IMG/VR virus record: IMGVR_UViG_3300035138_000081
Strand: one strand, 5' to 3'
Origin: a virus
DNA: 64,000 bases
Shown here: positions 18,173 to 25,873 of the stretch, in pieces
Layout: the number at the start of each line of letters is the position of its first letter
How positions within the stretch are numbered: position 1 is the stretch's first letter
Position numbers and translations under genes: made by a program
The notes under the pieces: model-generated
The model's database searches: none
Seen by the model: the letters and a program-made list of their open reading frames with translations, nothing else
What the model was told of the DNA's origin: nothing

Positions 18173-18251
18173 GGTATTTTTTAAATTTCTTTTCCTCTAG
18201 GAAACTTTTTTATATTATATATAATAGGAATTTTTGAATTTTCCGTCAAAG

Positions 18252-18355
18252 TACCGCTAGAGGAACTAGAATACCCTTCTGTAAAATTTAATAAGTTATG
18301 GAAAATTCATTTTATATATAATGGATATAATCGATTTTAAATTGCCTTTTCGTAT
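18252..18355 (-). promoter_or_regulatory. composite intergenic element, copy E1 (reverse orientation)
   Basis: Contains CCGCTAGAGGAA, TTATATATAATGGATATAATCGATTTT (18312-18338) and CCTTTTCGTAT. It is the mirror image of the copies at 31347 and 42363. Confidence 0.3.
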
Positions 18356-18402
18356 AAATTATATAAACCGGTTAATTTAAATCGACTATATCCATTAATA
18401 TT

Positions 18403-18699
18403 TTAACCGTTTTCTATTTCTTTTTCTAACTTGGCTATGATAAATTTTTTATTTATAATAGCGTTTCTGGTATCCTTTTGATTTAATCTCAAATTAGAAA
18501 GTTGCCTTCTAATTTGAGATATCCTTACGCCTACAGAATTTGTACGTCTTATCGAGTTAATTCCTTTCAGGTAATCTAATTTCTTTTCCCTAGCGGTAAT
18601 TGCATCCGCTATACTTTTAGCTTCACTTTCATACCCGAGTAAAGAATTTTTAAGAATGCTTAATCTTTGCTGGGCCCATTTTTTATCTTCTGGTGCCAT
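18403..18699 (-). CDS. coiled-coil protein related to the array
   Basis: Start set to ATG 18699, which follows a GGGGGTG RBS. Helical, basic. Confidence 0.55.
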   Translation of the reverse strand: MAPEDKKWAQQRLSILKNSLLGYESEAKSIADAITAREKKLDYLKGINSIRRTNSVGVRISQIRRQLSNLRLNQKDTRNAIINKKFIIAKLEKEIENG

Positions 18700-18790
18700 T
18701 ATTTTCACCCCCTGGGATTTTTTATTGACGGTATATATTATTGACGGGTGGGACCTATTTTTAAAAGGCCCCTTTACAATATACCCGGTG

Positions 18791-19063
18791 TTAGAAAAGC
18801 CTACCTAATTCAGTTTCAACATCTTTAAGTTTGTCTTTAAGAGCATATACTTCTTTTTGTGCATTATAGAATATGCTTGCTAAACTATCTCTATCTTGTT
18901 CGTATGTTTTCCTGTTGCGTGGATGTGGTGTACTGCTTAGCAATGCTGAATACTCTTGTTTTGCATTGTTATAAGTTGTTGTTACCGAACTTATTTGCCT
19001 TTCTAGTGCAGCTTTTTTACTTTCTAAATCGCGTATTTTTTGAGAATTTTTGTTGTTTTTCAT
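18791..19063 (-). CDS. coiled-coil protein related to the array
   Basis: 90 aa with IRDLESKKAALERQISS. Confidence 0.55.
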   Translation of the reverse strand: MKNNKNSQKIRDLESKKAALERQISSVTTTYNNAKQEYSALLSSTPHPRNRKTYEQDRDSLASIFYNAQKEVYALKDKLKDVETELGRLF

Positions 19064-19101
19064 AGGTCCTCCTAAATTTTTATTAAATATTTTATATTTA
19101 T

Positions 19102-19130
19102 ATTATATGATAATATTAAATAAAAATCAA
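19102..19130 (-). promoter_or_regulatory. sigma-A/sigma-70-like promoter
   Basis: Minus strand: TTGATT, 17 nt, TATAAT. Confidence 0.6.
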
Positions 19131-19267
19131 TAGTTTCTATATAAATTTATGAAATTTTTATTTTTTCCTGCAAACCAAAGTTTTTCAAAAATTTTTGCAA
19201 ACCCAACGGAAATTTTTTCAAGTGTTTTCTAACAGGTTTTTTTTTTAAGTTTTCTTGAGTTTTTGGA

Positions 19268-19292
19268 TTTTATGTTTCAAAATCAACACGGG
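19268..19292 (+). repeat. 25-nt conserved box, copy A
   Basis: TTTTATGTTTCAAAATCAACACGGG matches 29211-29235 at 23 of 25 positions. Confidence 0.6.
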
Positions 19293-19424
19293 CAGGGGCC
19301 CCCATTGTTTTTCCTTGGTGCATTTTATCTGTATAAAAAATCGTAGTATTTCTCCCATAAAAATAAAAATCGGAAAACATAACAAAAGAAGGAATGCGCT
19401 AGCATTCCATCTCCTGTTATTGCC

Positions 19425-19655
19425 TTATAAAGGCTTTTGTACGAAGTTGGCATATATCCAAAGTACTTTGGCCTGTATTAGACTTTGTACTGTGGTCCAT
19501 TCTACGCCTGCCAGCAATCGTCTTGCGGACAATTCACCAAATTCGATTGCTGCATAGAATTCCCTCACCTTATCAGCCTCTTCCACTGATAAGTGTTTTA
19601 AACTTTCGTCTCTATAACCATCCGCTTCCACTTGGAAATATTTTAACTTAAGCAT
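19425..19655 (-). CDS. hypothetical protein
   Basis: 76-aa ORF, overlaps the next gene by 8 nt, co-directional. Confidence 0.5.
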   Translation of the reverse strand: MLKLKYFQVEADGYRDESLKHLSVEEADKVREFYAAIEFGELSARRLLAGVEWTTVQSLIQAKVLWIYANFVQKPL

Positions 19656-19896
19656 CTTTACCCTCCTGTAAATTTTTTAAATGTGCCTTCAGTGACGGTA
19701 TTTCAGTCCCTTCCATAAATATTTGCTGCTGTATCAAATCCGTAAGTTTCTGACGTATTTGAACCCTTTTGTCAGGATCCTTAGTATTGCTTAATGCCTT
19801 AGCATTGTAAAGTATTGCACCGTCAACCCATTGAGCTTCCTTCATAGAAGACTTTAATTTGTCCTTTGCTTGCTGTAATTCCACTGATTTAAACAT
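19648..19896 (-). CDS. helical/coiled-coil hypothetical protein
   Basis: 82-aa ORF, helical. Confidence 0.5.
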   Translation of the reverse strand: MFKSVELQQAKDKLKSSMKEAQWVDGAILYNAKALSNTKDPDKRVQIRQKLTDLIQQQIFMEGTEIPSLKAHLKNLQEGKDA

Positions 19897-19945
19897 AAGA
19901 TATCCCCCTTTTAATTTAATGCGTTCTTAAGAATAGCAATAGCTG

Positions 19946-20200
19946 CTACCCATCGATGGTATTCATTAAATCTAATAAGTTTATATCCCCTTGCAAAGTA
20001 ATTACTGGTGCATCGCTTATATATTTGCCAGAGCTTATGCCTTCCCTGGGTATCTGCATTTTTAAATATTCTGCTCTTACCCTGCCAGAGCTTAATATTA
20101 ATTTATGTCCCCCATTGAATTTTAATATTACCCCTTCAGGATAATCCCCATTATTATTTTCTCTATATTCGCTTATATATGCCTTTAAAGTGTATGCCAT
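19946..20200 (-). CDS. hypothetical protein
   Basis: 84-aa ORF, co-directional. Confidence 0.5.
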   Translation of the reverse strand: MAYTLKAYISEYRENNNGDYPEGVILKFNGGHKLILSSGRVRAEYLKMQIPREGISSGKYISDAPVITLQGDINLLDLMNTIDG

Positions 20201-20361
20201 TTATATTTCCCCCTTTAGTTAATTTTTTATAATATTTTATTATAATATTATTATATATTATATTAATAAATTTATAAAAGCTTATATATCGGTTTTATAA
20301 TTAATTATGTTTATATATTATTAATATAATAATGAAAGCTTTAATTTTTATAATATTTTAT

Positions 20362-20799
20362 TTATTTTAAATGCTTTTCAGGATCCTTAGTCTCATCAGT
20401 TAACACAGTTATTATTGTACGCTCACGGCATAGATATTCTTCATTATTATAGCGAATCACGTTTGGTTCTGTTTGTGTTCCCCTAGAGGCATGTTCCAGC
20501 ATTTCGGCTTTAACAGCATCCATATCCATCTTAAGCACTCTGCTTAAATATCTTACTACTGCGTGATCAGATACCTCAACGTGTTCAGCCATTATACCTT
20601 CATTTGCTTGTGCCATAAGTATATACTTCTTATAGCGCATTGCTTCCTGATTGGCTTTAGCAATCTTTGCTGCTACAAGAGCTTTTTCATCTTTTAACTC
20701 TTGCATATATTGCATTATAGAATCCTGTGCATCTACTAACTCACGCAAAGTCATTTTTTCTAGCTGCGTATCTGCATATGGTACGTTTACTAAGTGCAT
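20362..20799 (-). CDS. hypothetical protein
   Basis: 145-aa ORF, first gene of the minus-strand block, with its own promoter. Confidence 0.55.
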   Translation of the reverse strand: MHLVNVPYADTQLEKMTLRELVDAQDSIMQYMQELKDEKALVAAKIAKANQEAMRYKKYILMAQANEGIMAEHVEVSDHAVVRYLSRVLKMDMDAVKAEMLEHASRGTQTEPNVIRYNNEEYLCRERTIITVLTDETKDPEKHLK

Positions 20800-20839
20800 A
20801 GTATTCCCTCCTTATATTTTATTAATATTTTATATTTAT

Positions 20840-20868
20840 ATTATATAATAAAATTTATAAAAAATAAA
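20840..20868 (-). promoter_or_regulatory. sigma-A/sigma-70-like promoter
   Basis: Minus strand: TTTATT, 17 nt, TATAAT. Confidence 0.45.
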
Positions 20869-21040
20869 TGAAAATATTAATAAATGAAGTATTTATTTAA
20901 TATATTTATATAATTGGAAATAATTAATTATAATTGCTTATAATAAGCTTAAATGCCATTTTATTTTATTATAAAGATATAATATAATATTATTATAATA
21001 ATTATAAAAAATTATTAAATATATTAAGGGGGAAAATACT

Positions 21041-21580
21041 ATGGCAAACACAAGGGAAAAACTGATGGCACGCTGGGACATCAAGGAACTGAACTATAAC
21101 ACACGCTGTAAAATAGCTGACATGTCTATATGGAAAGAATATGAAGAGGTTGCTAACTGTTACTTCTATAAAAGCAATGGCACAGCAAAGTTATTTGATG
21201 AGTATACAGCTATTGCTAGAAACAGAGTGCTAAACCATAAGAAATATATAAGAGTATTGGAAGGTTGCTATAATTACATGGAACAGAAATTTGAACGCTA
21301 TTGGGACTATAACTTAGATTTACATAAGTGGGATGACATTGTAGGTGCAATGAATAAATATCCTAAAGAAGTAGTATGGCACTGTCATATATTTAAAATA
21401 ATTTATAAAACTTGGGAAGGTAAATTCGTAGCACTCTTAAATACAGATGAGTGTAAAGATATAAGATTTGATGAAGCTATGGCAGCTAACTTAACACTAA
21501 TAACCCAAGCAATAGAAAACTGCAACATTACTTTAGCAAAGCACATTGGTAATAAGTGGATAAAAGGCATCGAAGGGTAA
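21041..21580 (+). CDS. hypothetical early protein
   Basis: 179-aa ORF with a GGGGGAAAA RBS. Confidence 0.6.
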   Translation: MANTREKLMARWDIKELNYNTRCKIADMSIWKEYEEVANCYFYKSNGTAKLFDEYTAIARNRVLNHKKYIRVLEGCYNYMEQKFERYWDYNLDLHKWDDIVGAMNKYPKEVVWHCHIFKIIYKTWEGKFVALLNTDECKDIRFDEAMAANLTLITQAIENCNITLAKHIGNKWIKGIEG

Positions 21581-21611
21581 ATAATTTTAAAAATCTAAGG
21601 AGGATACACAT

Positions 21612-21905
21612 ATGTATAGCTTTAAATTAAATTTAACACCAAGGGAAAACCGTGAATTGATAATAGACTTATTTAAAAGCCGTATTTTAAATAGCTTTGC
21701 TGCAAGTAAATATAAAGCAGCAAGACTTGAAGAACATTGTGAAAACAGAGATGAGTGGCCCTTTATTATAGAAACTTTAAAAGCTTTAAAAGCTGCAACA
21801 GAAGAAGATAAATGGGCAATAGAGATAGAGAAAAAAGCATATATCGCACATATAGATCATGCAATTAAGTGGGCGAAACATGTAAATGCAATCTTAAATG
21901 ATTAA
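21612..21905 (+). CDS. hypothetical early protein
   Basis: 97-aa ORF with an AAGGAGG RBS. Confidence 0.6.
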   Translation: MYSFKLNLTPRENRELIIDLFKSRILNSFAASKYKAARLEEHCENRDEWPFIIETLKALKAATEEDKWAIEIEKKAYIAHIDHAIKWAKHVNAILND

Positions 21906-21953
21906 TATAAAGGGATGCTATGCATCCCTAACATCTTTAAAGGAGGATGGATT

Positions 21954-22550
21954 ATGAAAGCTCAAGATTATGTTACTTATACTATCTCCCTATTGGAAAG
22001 AGCAGATGGTTTATCAAGAGAAGATAAATACATAATAGCTAATAAGCTTAGAAGATCCCAAATGGATTTGGACTCTTGCACAGCAGTATTAGGTATATTG
22101 CAAAGCATTGTTACAGAAGTGCAATATTATGCAGAAGATTTTAATAAAGCAGATGTTGCTAATACTATAGCAAACCTAAGAGATGTTCAGTCTCATTGGC
22201 AATCTCAAATGGATGCAATCCGCAAATTACCGCTAGAGGAAATTGAAAATACCCAAGGGGAAATTTTATTCTATGTGCTTTCTGTAGTAACTGACATAAC
22301 AGCATATTGCTATGGATATGATTCTGCAGAACAGATGACAGTTGACTTAAATATAGGTGCTGAAGAGCAAGTATTAGCATTGCCCGATGAGATTATATTA
22401 AACATGAGGCAAGCAATATTCACAGGCAAGGCTAGAGTAAAATGCATAGCAGAAAACAAAGCAATAAACATTATAGATGCAACAGTATATGCTTACCCAA
22501 TGAAGAAAAGAACTTTATATGTAGTACCAGCATATGACACTTTAGATTAA
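21954..22550 (+). CDS. hypothetical early protein
   Basis: Start set to ATG 21954, which follows an AAAGGAGG RBS. Confidence 0.6.
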   Translation: MKAQDYVTYTISLLERADGLSREDKYIIANKLRRSQMDLDSCTAVLGILQSIVTEVQYYAEDFNKADVANTIANLRDVQSHWQSQMDAIRKLPLEEIENTQGEILFYVLSVVTDITAYCYGYDSAEQMTVDLNIGAEEQVLALPDEIILNMRQAIFTGKARVKCIAENKAINIIDATVYAYPMKKRTLYVVPAYDTLD

Positions 22551-22574
22551 AATAAAACTTAGGAGGAATACCGT

Positions 22575-22724
22575 ATGGCATTATCATTATTAAAGAGTGC
22601 GTTAACAGAAGTTTACAGAGGTAAGAAAGATCAAGCATTAGAAAATCTATTGGGACTTACATTAAAATTAAATAATCTTTCCCTAGCGGTAATGGTGATA
22701 GATACCCGAACATATATAAAATAA
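22575..22724 (+). CDS. 49-aa hypothetical protein (below the ORF-track cutoff)
   Basis: AGGAGG RBS. Manual translation gives MALSLLKSALTEVYRGKK... Followed by a terminator. Confidence 0.45.
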   Translation: MALSLLKSALTEVYRGKKDQALENLLGLTLKLNNLSLAVMVIDTRTYIK

Positions 22725-22726
22725 AG

Positions 22727-22751
22727 AAAAGACCCATAGGGTCTTTTTTTT
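22727..22751 (+). terminator. rho-independent terminator
   Basis: AAAAGACCC, ATA loop, GGGTCTTTT, then a T-run. Confidence 0.75.
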
Positions 22752-22761
22752 ACCATAAAAT

Positions 22762-22782
22762 AAGAACCCCTTAGGGGTTCTT
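22762..22782. terminator. second hairpin between convergent genes
   Basis: AAGAACCCC, TTA loop, GGGGTTCTT. Confidence 0.6.
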
Positions 22783-22789
22783 ATTTTAT

Positions 22790-23383
22790 CTACCATTTAC
22801 ACTTTTGTTCCCATTGAGTTTTTCTTGCGGTAAACTTCTCAAAAGCAATTGCCCAGTAATCTAAGAACTCTGATGCTTCTACAAAAGTTAATTGCCTATG
22901 TGGTGCTCTTAAATCAAAGGCATTACATATTAAATTTACAAAGTTCATCTGTGCTGCACTGGCCATTCTTACTTTCTTACGTGCTTCCCTTTCTCTACGT
23001 GCTTTCTCTTCCCTTTCTCTTCTTTCTTGCTCTTCTCTTTGTCTTCGCCTTTGTGCCCATTCATGAAACATATTAAATGCAGAGTCTCCATAACCTCCAT
23101 TCATAAAGTCATCAAATTCATTTGCGCGATCATAGCTACTATAGCTATTAGAGTTCTTCTTATCTTCGTATGCTTTGCAATGTTGTGTATATAATGGACT
23201 TGAGTTATAGTTTGTTACATCATTACACGTAAAGCCTACATCTGCTTTCATTAATGTACTGACAATGCATTTCCATCTGTACTCTGCAGTTTCTTTTTCA
23301 CTTGATGTACCCCATAAGTACATCTTATAAACGTTCTTAGCTCTCCTAAATTTAGTTTGTACTGTTTTGCTATCCATAGTCAT
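22790..23383 (-). CDS. hypothetical protein with a charged RE-rich helix
   Basis: 197-aa ORF containing RRRQREEQERREREEKARREREARKK. Confidence 0.55.
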   Translation of the reverse strand: MTMDSKTVQTKFRRAKNVYKMYLWGTSSEKETAEYRWKCIVSTLMKADVGFTCNDVTNYNSSPLYTQHCKAYEDKKNSNSYSSYDRANEFDDFMNGGYGDSAFNMFHEWAQRRRQREEQERREREEKARREREARKKVRMASAAQMNFVNLICNAFDLRAPHRQLTFVEASEFLDYWAIAFEKFTARKTQWEQKCKW

Positions 23384-23386
23384 AAT

Positions 23387-23659
23387 CTACAGCCTCCTTA
23401 TTTTATTAAAAATTTCTCTATGCGATATATCGCCCTTCTCTAATATCTTCTCTGTCTCTTCTTCTGATAAACCTGCTACCTGTAATGAGTAACCTGCTAT
23501 CACGATAGGGTCTTCTTTTATAAAGCGTGAGTAAAAGTACCCACAATTCTTCCTAGCATCTAAAGCATTTTCTTCTGTAGTACACTTAACACAGTACCCT
23601 AACAGTGTACACTCTTTCCAATAGCCGCATATGCTATATGGCTGACCTATCTTGTGCAT
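23387..23659 (-). CDS. hypothetical Cys-containing protein
   Basis: 90-aa ORF, co-directional with the 22790 gene. Confidence 0.5.
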   Translation of the reverse strand: MHKIGQPYSICGYWKECTLLGYCVKCTTEENALDARKNCGYFYSRFIKEDPIVIAGYSLQVAGLSEEETEKILEKGDISHREIFNKIRRL

Positions 23660-23703
23660 TAGTATTCCCCCTTAGTATAATTTATTAAATATCTATATTA
23701 TAT

Positions 23704-23732
23704 ATTATATATTACTTTATTAAATAAATCAA
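23704..23732 (-). promoter_or_regulatory. sigma-A/sigma-70-like promoter
   Basis: Minus strand: TTGATT, 17 nt, TATAAT. Confidence 0.6.
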
Positions 23733-23750
23733 TATATTTTTAATAAATTA

Positions 23751-23882
23751 TTATTTTTCTTCTGTAGTTTCTTCAAAACCACAAGTTGGGCATTGCCTGA
23801 CAACTAATACGGTATCTTTATCTGGATGATTATACTCTCGTATTTTTACTAAGGTAGTACCATCATTTGGACATGTAGCCAT
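23751..23882 (-). CDS. 43-aa zinc-ribbon protein (below the ORF-track cutoff)
   Basis: Manual translation gives MATCPNDGTTLVKIREYNHPDKDTVLVVRQCPTCGFEE... Preceded by a GGAGG RBS. Confidence 0.45.
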   Translation of the reverse strand: MATCPNDGTTLVKIREYNHPDKDTVLVVRQCPTCGFEETTEEK

Positions 23883-23908
23883 CCTATCACCTCCTTACGT
23901 AAAAGTAT

Positions 23909-23937
23909 ATTATATGATATTTTAGTGTATAAATCAA
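23909..23937 (-). promoter_or_regulatory. sigma-A/sigma-70-like promoter
   Basis: Minus strand: TTGATT, 17 nt, TATAAT. Confidence 0.55.
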
Positions 23938-24005
23938 GAGGGTATATATAAATAAAATTATTAATATATTAATATAAAATTAATATATATTTTTATTAAA
24001 AACCC

Positions 24006-24034
24006 TTTATTTCCTTATTAAAATAATATATAAT
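24006..24034 (+). promoter_or_regulatory. sigma-A/sigma-70-like promoter
   Basis: TTTATT, 17 nt, TATAAT. Confidence 0.5.
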
Positions 24035-24093
24035 ATAATTATATTAATATTATAAATATTAATAAATAAATTATTTTTACAGGGGGAAATACT

Positions 24094-24318
24094 ATGGGTA
24101 ACACTACGGTAACACTAAGGGAAGTACAGGGTATAATTAACACTTTGGTAAAATATTACCTAACAGATAAGTGTACTATGGAAGAAGGGGGTATATTATT
24201 AACCCATATGGAAAAACTACAGAAACTTATGGATACTAAAGATAGTAACTCTATAGAATTACAAAACCAAAGGGATCTTATGGTAAAACTTTTAGGGGAT
24301 AAGGGGTTAACCATATAA
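24094..24318 (+). CDS. hypothetical early protein
   Basis: 74-aa ORF forming a single-gene unit with its own promoter and terminator. Confidence 0.6.
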   Translation: MGNTTVTLREVQGIINTLVKYYLTDKCTMEEGGILLTHMEKLQKLMDTKDSNSIELQNQRDLMVKLLGDKGLTI

Positions 24319-24336
24319 GGGATAATAAATAAATAT

Positions 24337-24374
24337 AAGTAAGGGGTATATACCCCTTACTTATTTTTTTTTTT
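24337..24374 (+). terminator. rho-independent terminator
   Basis: 12-bp stem AAGTAAGGGGTA/TACCCCTTACTT followed by a T-run. Confidence 0.85.
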
Positions 24375-24413
24375 AAATAATATAAAATTAATATATTTTT
24401 TATTAAAAATATA

Positions 24414-24442
24414 TTGATTTATTTATTAAAATACCTTATAAT
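24414..24442 (+). promoter_or_regulatory. sigma-A/sigma-70-like promoter
   Basis: TTGATT, 17 nt, TATAAT. Confidence 0.6.
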
Positions 24443-24496
24443 ATAATTATATTATTATTATTAATATATAAATATATTTTATAGGGGGAAATATTT

Positions 24497-24694
24497 ATGG
24501 ACACATTACAAAAGGCACTTAGGGAAATCTATGTTAAAGGTATAGACAGTGATACCGCAGTTAAGAAATATGGCCTTACAGAAGACGATTTGGTATACTT
24601 CTTCTTGGATGGTGACTTAAGTAATATCACTGATAGTAAACTAAGAGAAGCATTAGCAAAGAAACTTATGACATTTAGAGGTGAAAGGGGTTAA
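24497..24694 (+). CDS. hypothetical early protein
   Basis: 65-aa ORF with a GGGGGAAA RBS. Confidence 0.55.
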   Translation: MDTLQKALREIYVKGIDSDTAVKKYGLTEDDLVYFFLDGDLSNITDSKLREALAKKLMTFRGERG

Positions 24695-24698
24695 GATT

Positions 24699-24986
24699 AT
24701 GGACTGCAATGCACAGAATACTTTACTAGTGAAGGCTTATACCTTCACTGCTAAAACATTACCAAAGCAATTAGATACGGTAATGGCAGCAAAGAAAGAC
24801 TTTAAGGTTAATTGCTATGATGATGATACCTTACACATTCGCTTTGGAAGTAACAGCTTTGTACAGGCAGTATTAACACCACTTGGTAGATGGAGCGTAC
24901 TTATATATCATAACGGTTTTACTTACCAGGATGAGGGAAATGCAGAGCACTTAGGCTTACACCTACCATTTAATCAATCTTATTAG
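24699..24986 (+). CDS. hypothetical early protein
   Basis: Start set to ATG 24699, which follows an AAAGGGG RBS. Confidence 0.55.
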   Translation: MDCNAQNTLLVKAYTFTAKTLPKQLDTVMAAKKDFKVNCYDDDTLHIRFGSNSFVQAVLTPLGRWSVLIYHNGFTYQDEGNAEHLGLHLPFNQSY

Positions 24987-24998
24987 GGGGAATATATT

Positions 24999-25277
24999 AT
25001 GTGTAAAAAACTAATAGCAATGGCTAAGCTATTTAAACAGATGGAAAAGAAAGGGTTCATTACTGGACTCTCTCTAGATAAAATTATCTTAACTGATGAA
25101 TTCCATAAAGGTCATGGAAGTGTTAAGATTTGGGAAGGTACATATTGTGAACTATGGTACCTTGTAGAAAAGAATTGCTTTGTCACATGCAACTGTGATT
25201 TAAGTCATTTGGTAGAAGCATCTGCAATTGAGAGCAATATAAACTTATTATTAAAGCACTATATGGAGGAGATATAA
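24999..25277 (+). CDS. hypothetical early protein
   Basis: 92-aa ORF with a GGGGGAA RBS. Confidence 0.55.
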   Translation: MCKKLIAMAKLFKQMEKKGFITGLSLDKIILTDEFHKGHGSVKIWEGTYCELWYLVEKNCFVTCNCDLSHLVEASAIESNINLLLKHYMEEI

Positions 25278-25278
25278 T

Positions 25279-25767
25279 ATGACAAAAGCAGAAGATCCAT
25301 TCTTAAGAGAGAAACAAATGTTTCTGCAACAGTGCAAGATAGAAATCTGCAAGAAAGTTAAGAAAGCGGGTTTCATATCTAAGCAGATAAATTATAAGAT
25401 TCCTAAACCGACAGAAGTTTGGGAAATCTTAAACACAGATTTATACACTTTAGTATATACACCCGAAAGAGGTGTAATCTTAAATATTAAAGGGGCATGT
25501 GTAGATGAAATAGTTAAAAAGCAGATAGATAGCTTATACCATATCGCTAACAGCTTTAACAGAAAGACAGAGGCATTAGCTACAGTGTATGATGGATACT
25601 GTGATGTATTTAACACTAAAGGTCAAATACTTCGTCAGGAACCTTTGTTTAAAACAGTAGCTTCTCTAGCGGCAAATAACAATTCTCACAAAATAGATAA
25701 ACTTTTACAAGGAGAAACAATTCAAGTTGGTGTAGGGCGTTATAAAAGATCGTTTCCAGATGAATAA
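25279..25767 (+). CDS. hypothetical early protein
   Basis: 162-aa ORF with a GGAGGAG RBS. Confidence 0.6.
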   Translation: MTKAEDPFLREKQMFLQQCKIEICKKVKKAGFISKQINYKIPKPTEVWEILNTDLYTLVYTPERGVILNIKGACVDEIVKKQIDSLYHIANSFNRKTEALATVYDGYCDVFNTKGQILRQEPLFKTVASLAANNNSHKIDKLLQGETIQVGVGRYKRSFPDE

Positions 25768-25784
25768 CCGCTAGAGGAATTTAA

Positions 25785-25819
25785 AATAATTAGGCCCAAA
25801 GGTCTAATTATTTTTTTTA
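25785..25819 (+). terminator. rho-independent terminator
   Basis: AATAATTAGGCC, CAAA loop, GGTCTAATTATT, then a T-run. Confidence 0.8.
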
Positions 25820-25838
25820 TTTTTTTATAAAATACCCC

Positions 25839-25867
25839 TTGATTTTCTAACCAAAATATTATATAAT
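25839..25867 (+). promoter_or_regulatory. sigma-A/sigma-70-like promoter that leads into ORF-free DNA
   Basis: TTGATT, 17 nt, TATAAT. No ORF of 60 aa or more on either strand for the next 2.2 kb. Confidence 0.6.
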
Positions 25868-25873
25868 ATATTT

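Noticed and set aside
19391-19408. Hairpin GGAATGC-GCTA-GCATTCC containing GCGCTAGC
   Set aside because: It is a real 7-bp stem but a single occurrence with no clear context. It may act as a terminator or attenuator for the minus-strand gene 19425..19655. There is not enough evidence to call it.
19255-19557. ORF 19255..19557 (+)
   Set aside because: It starts in a spacer that carries the conserved 25-nt box and runs antisense into gene 19425..19655. It has no RBS.
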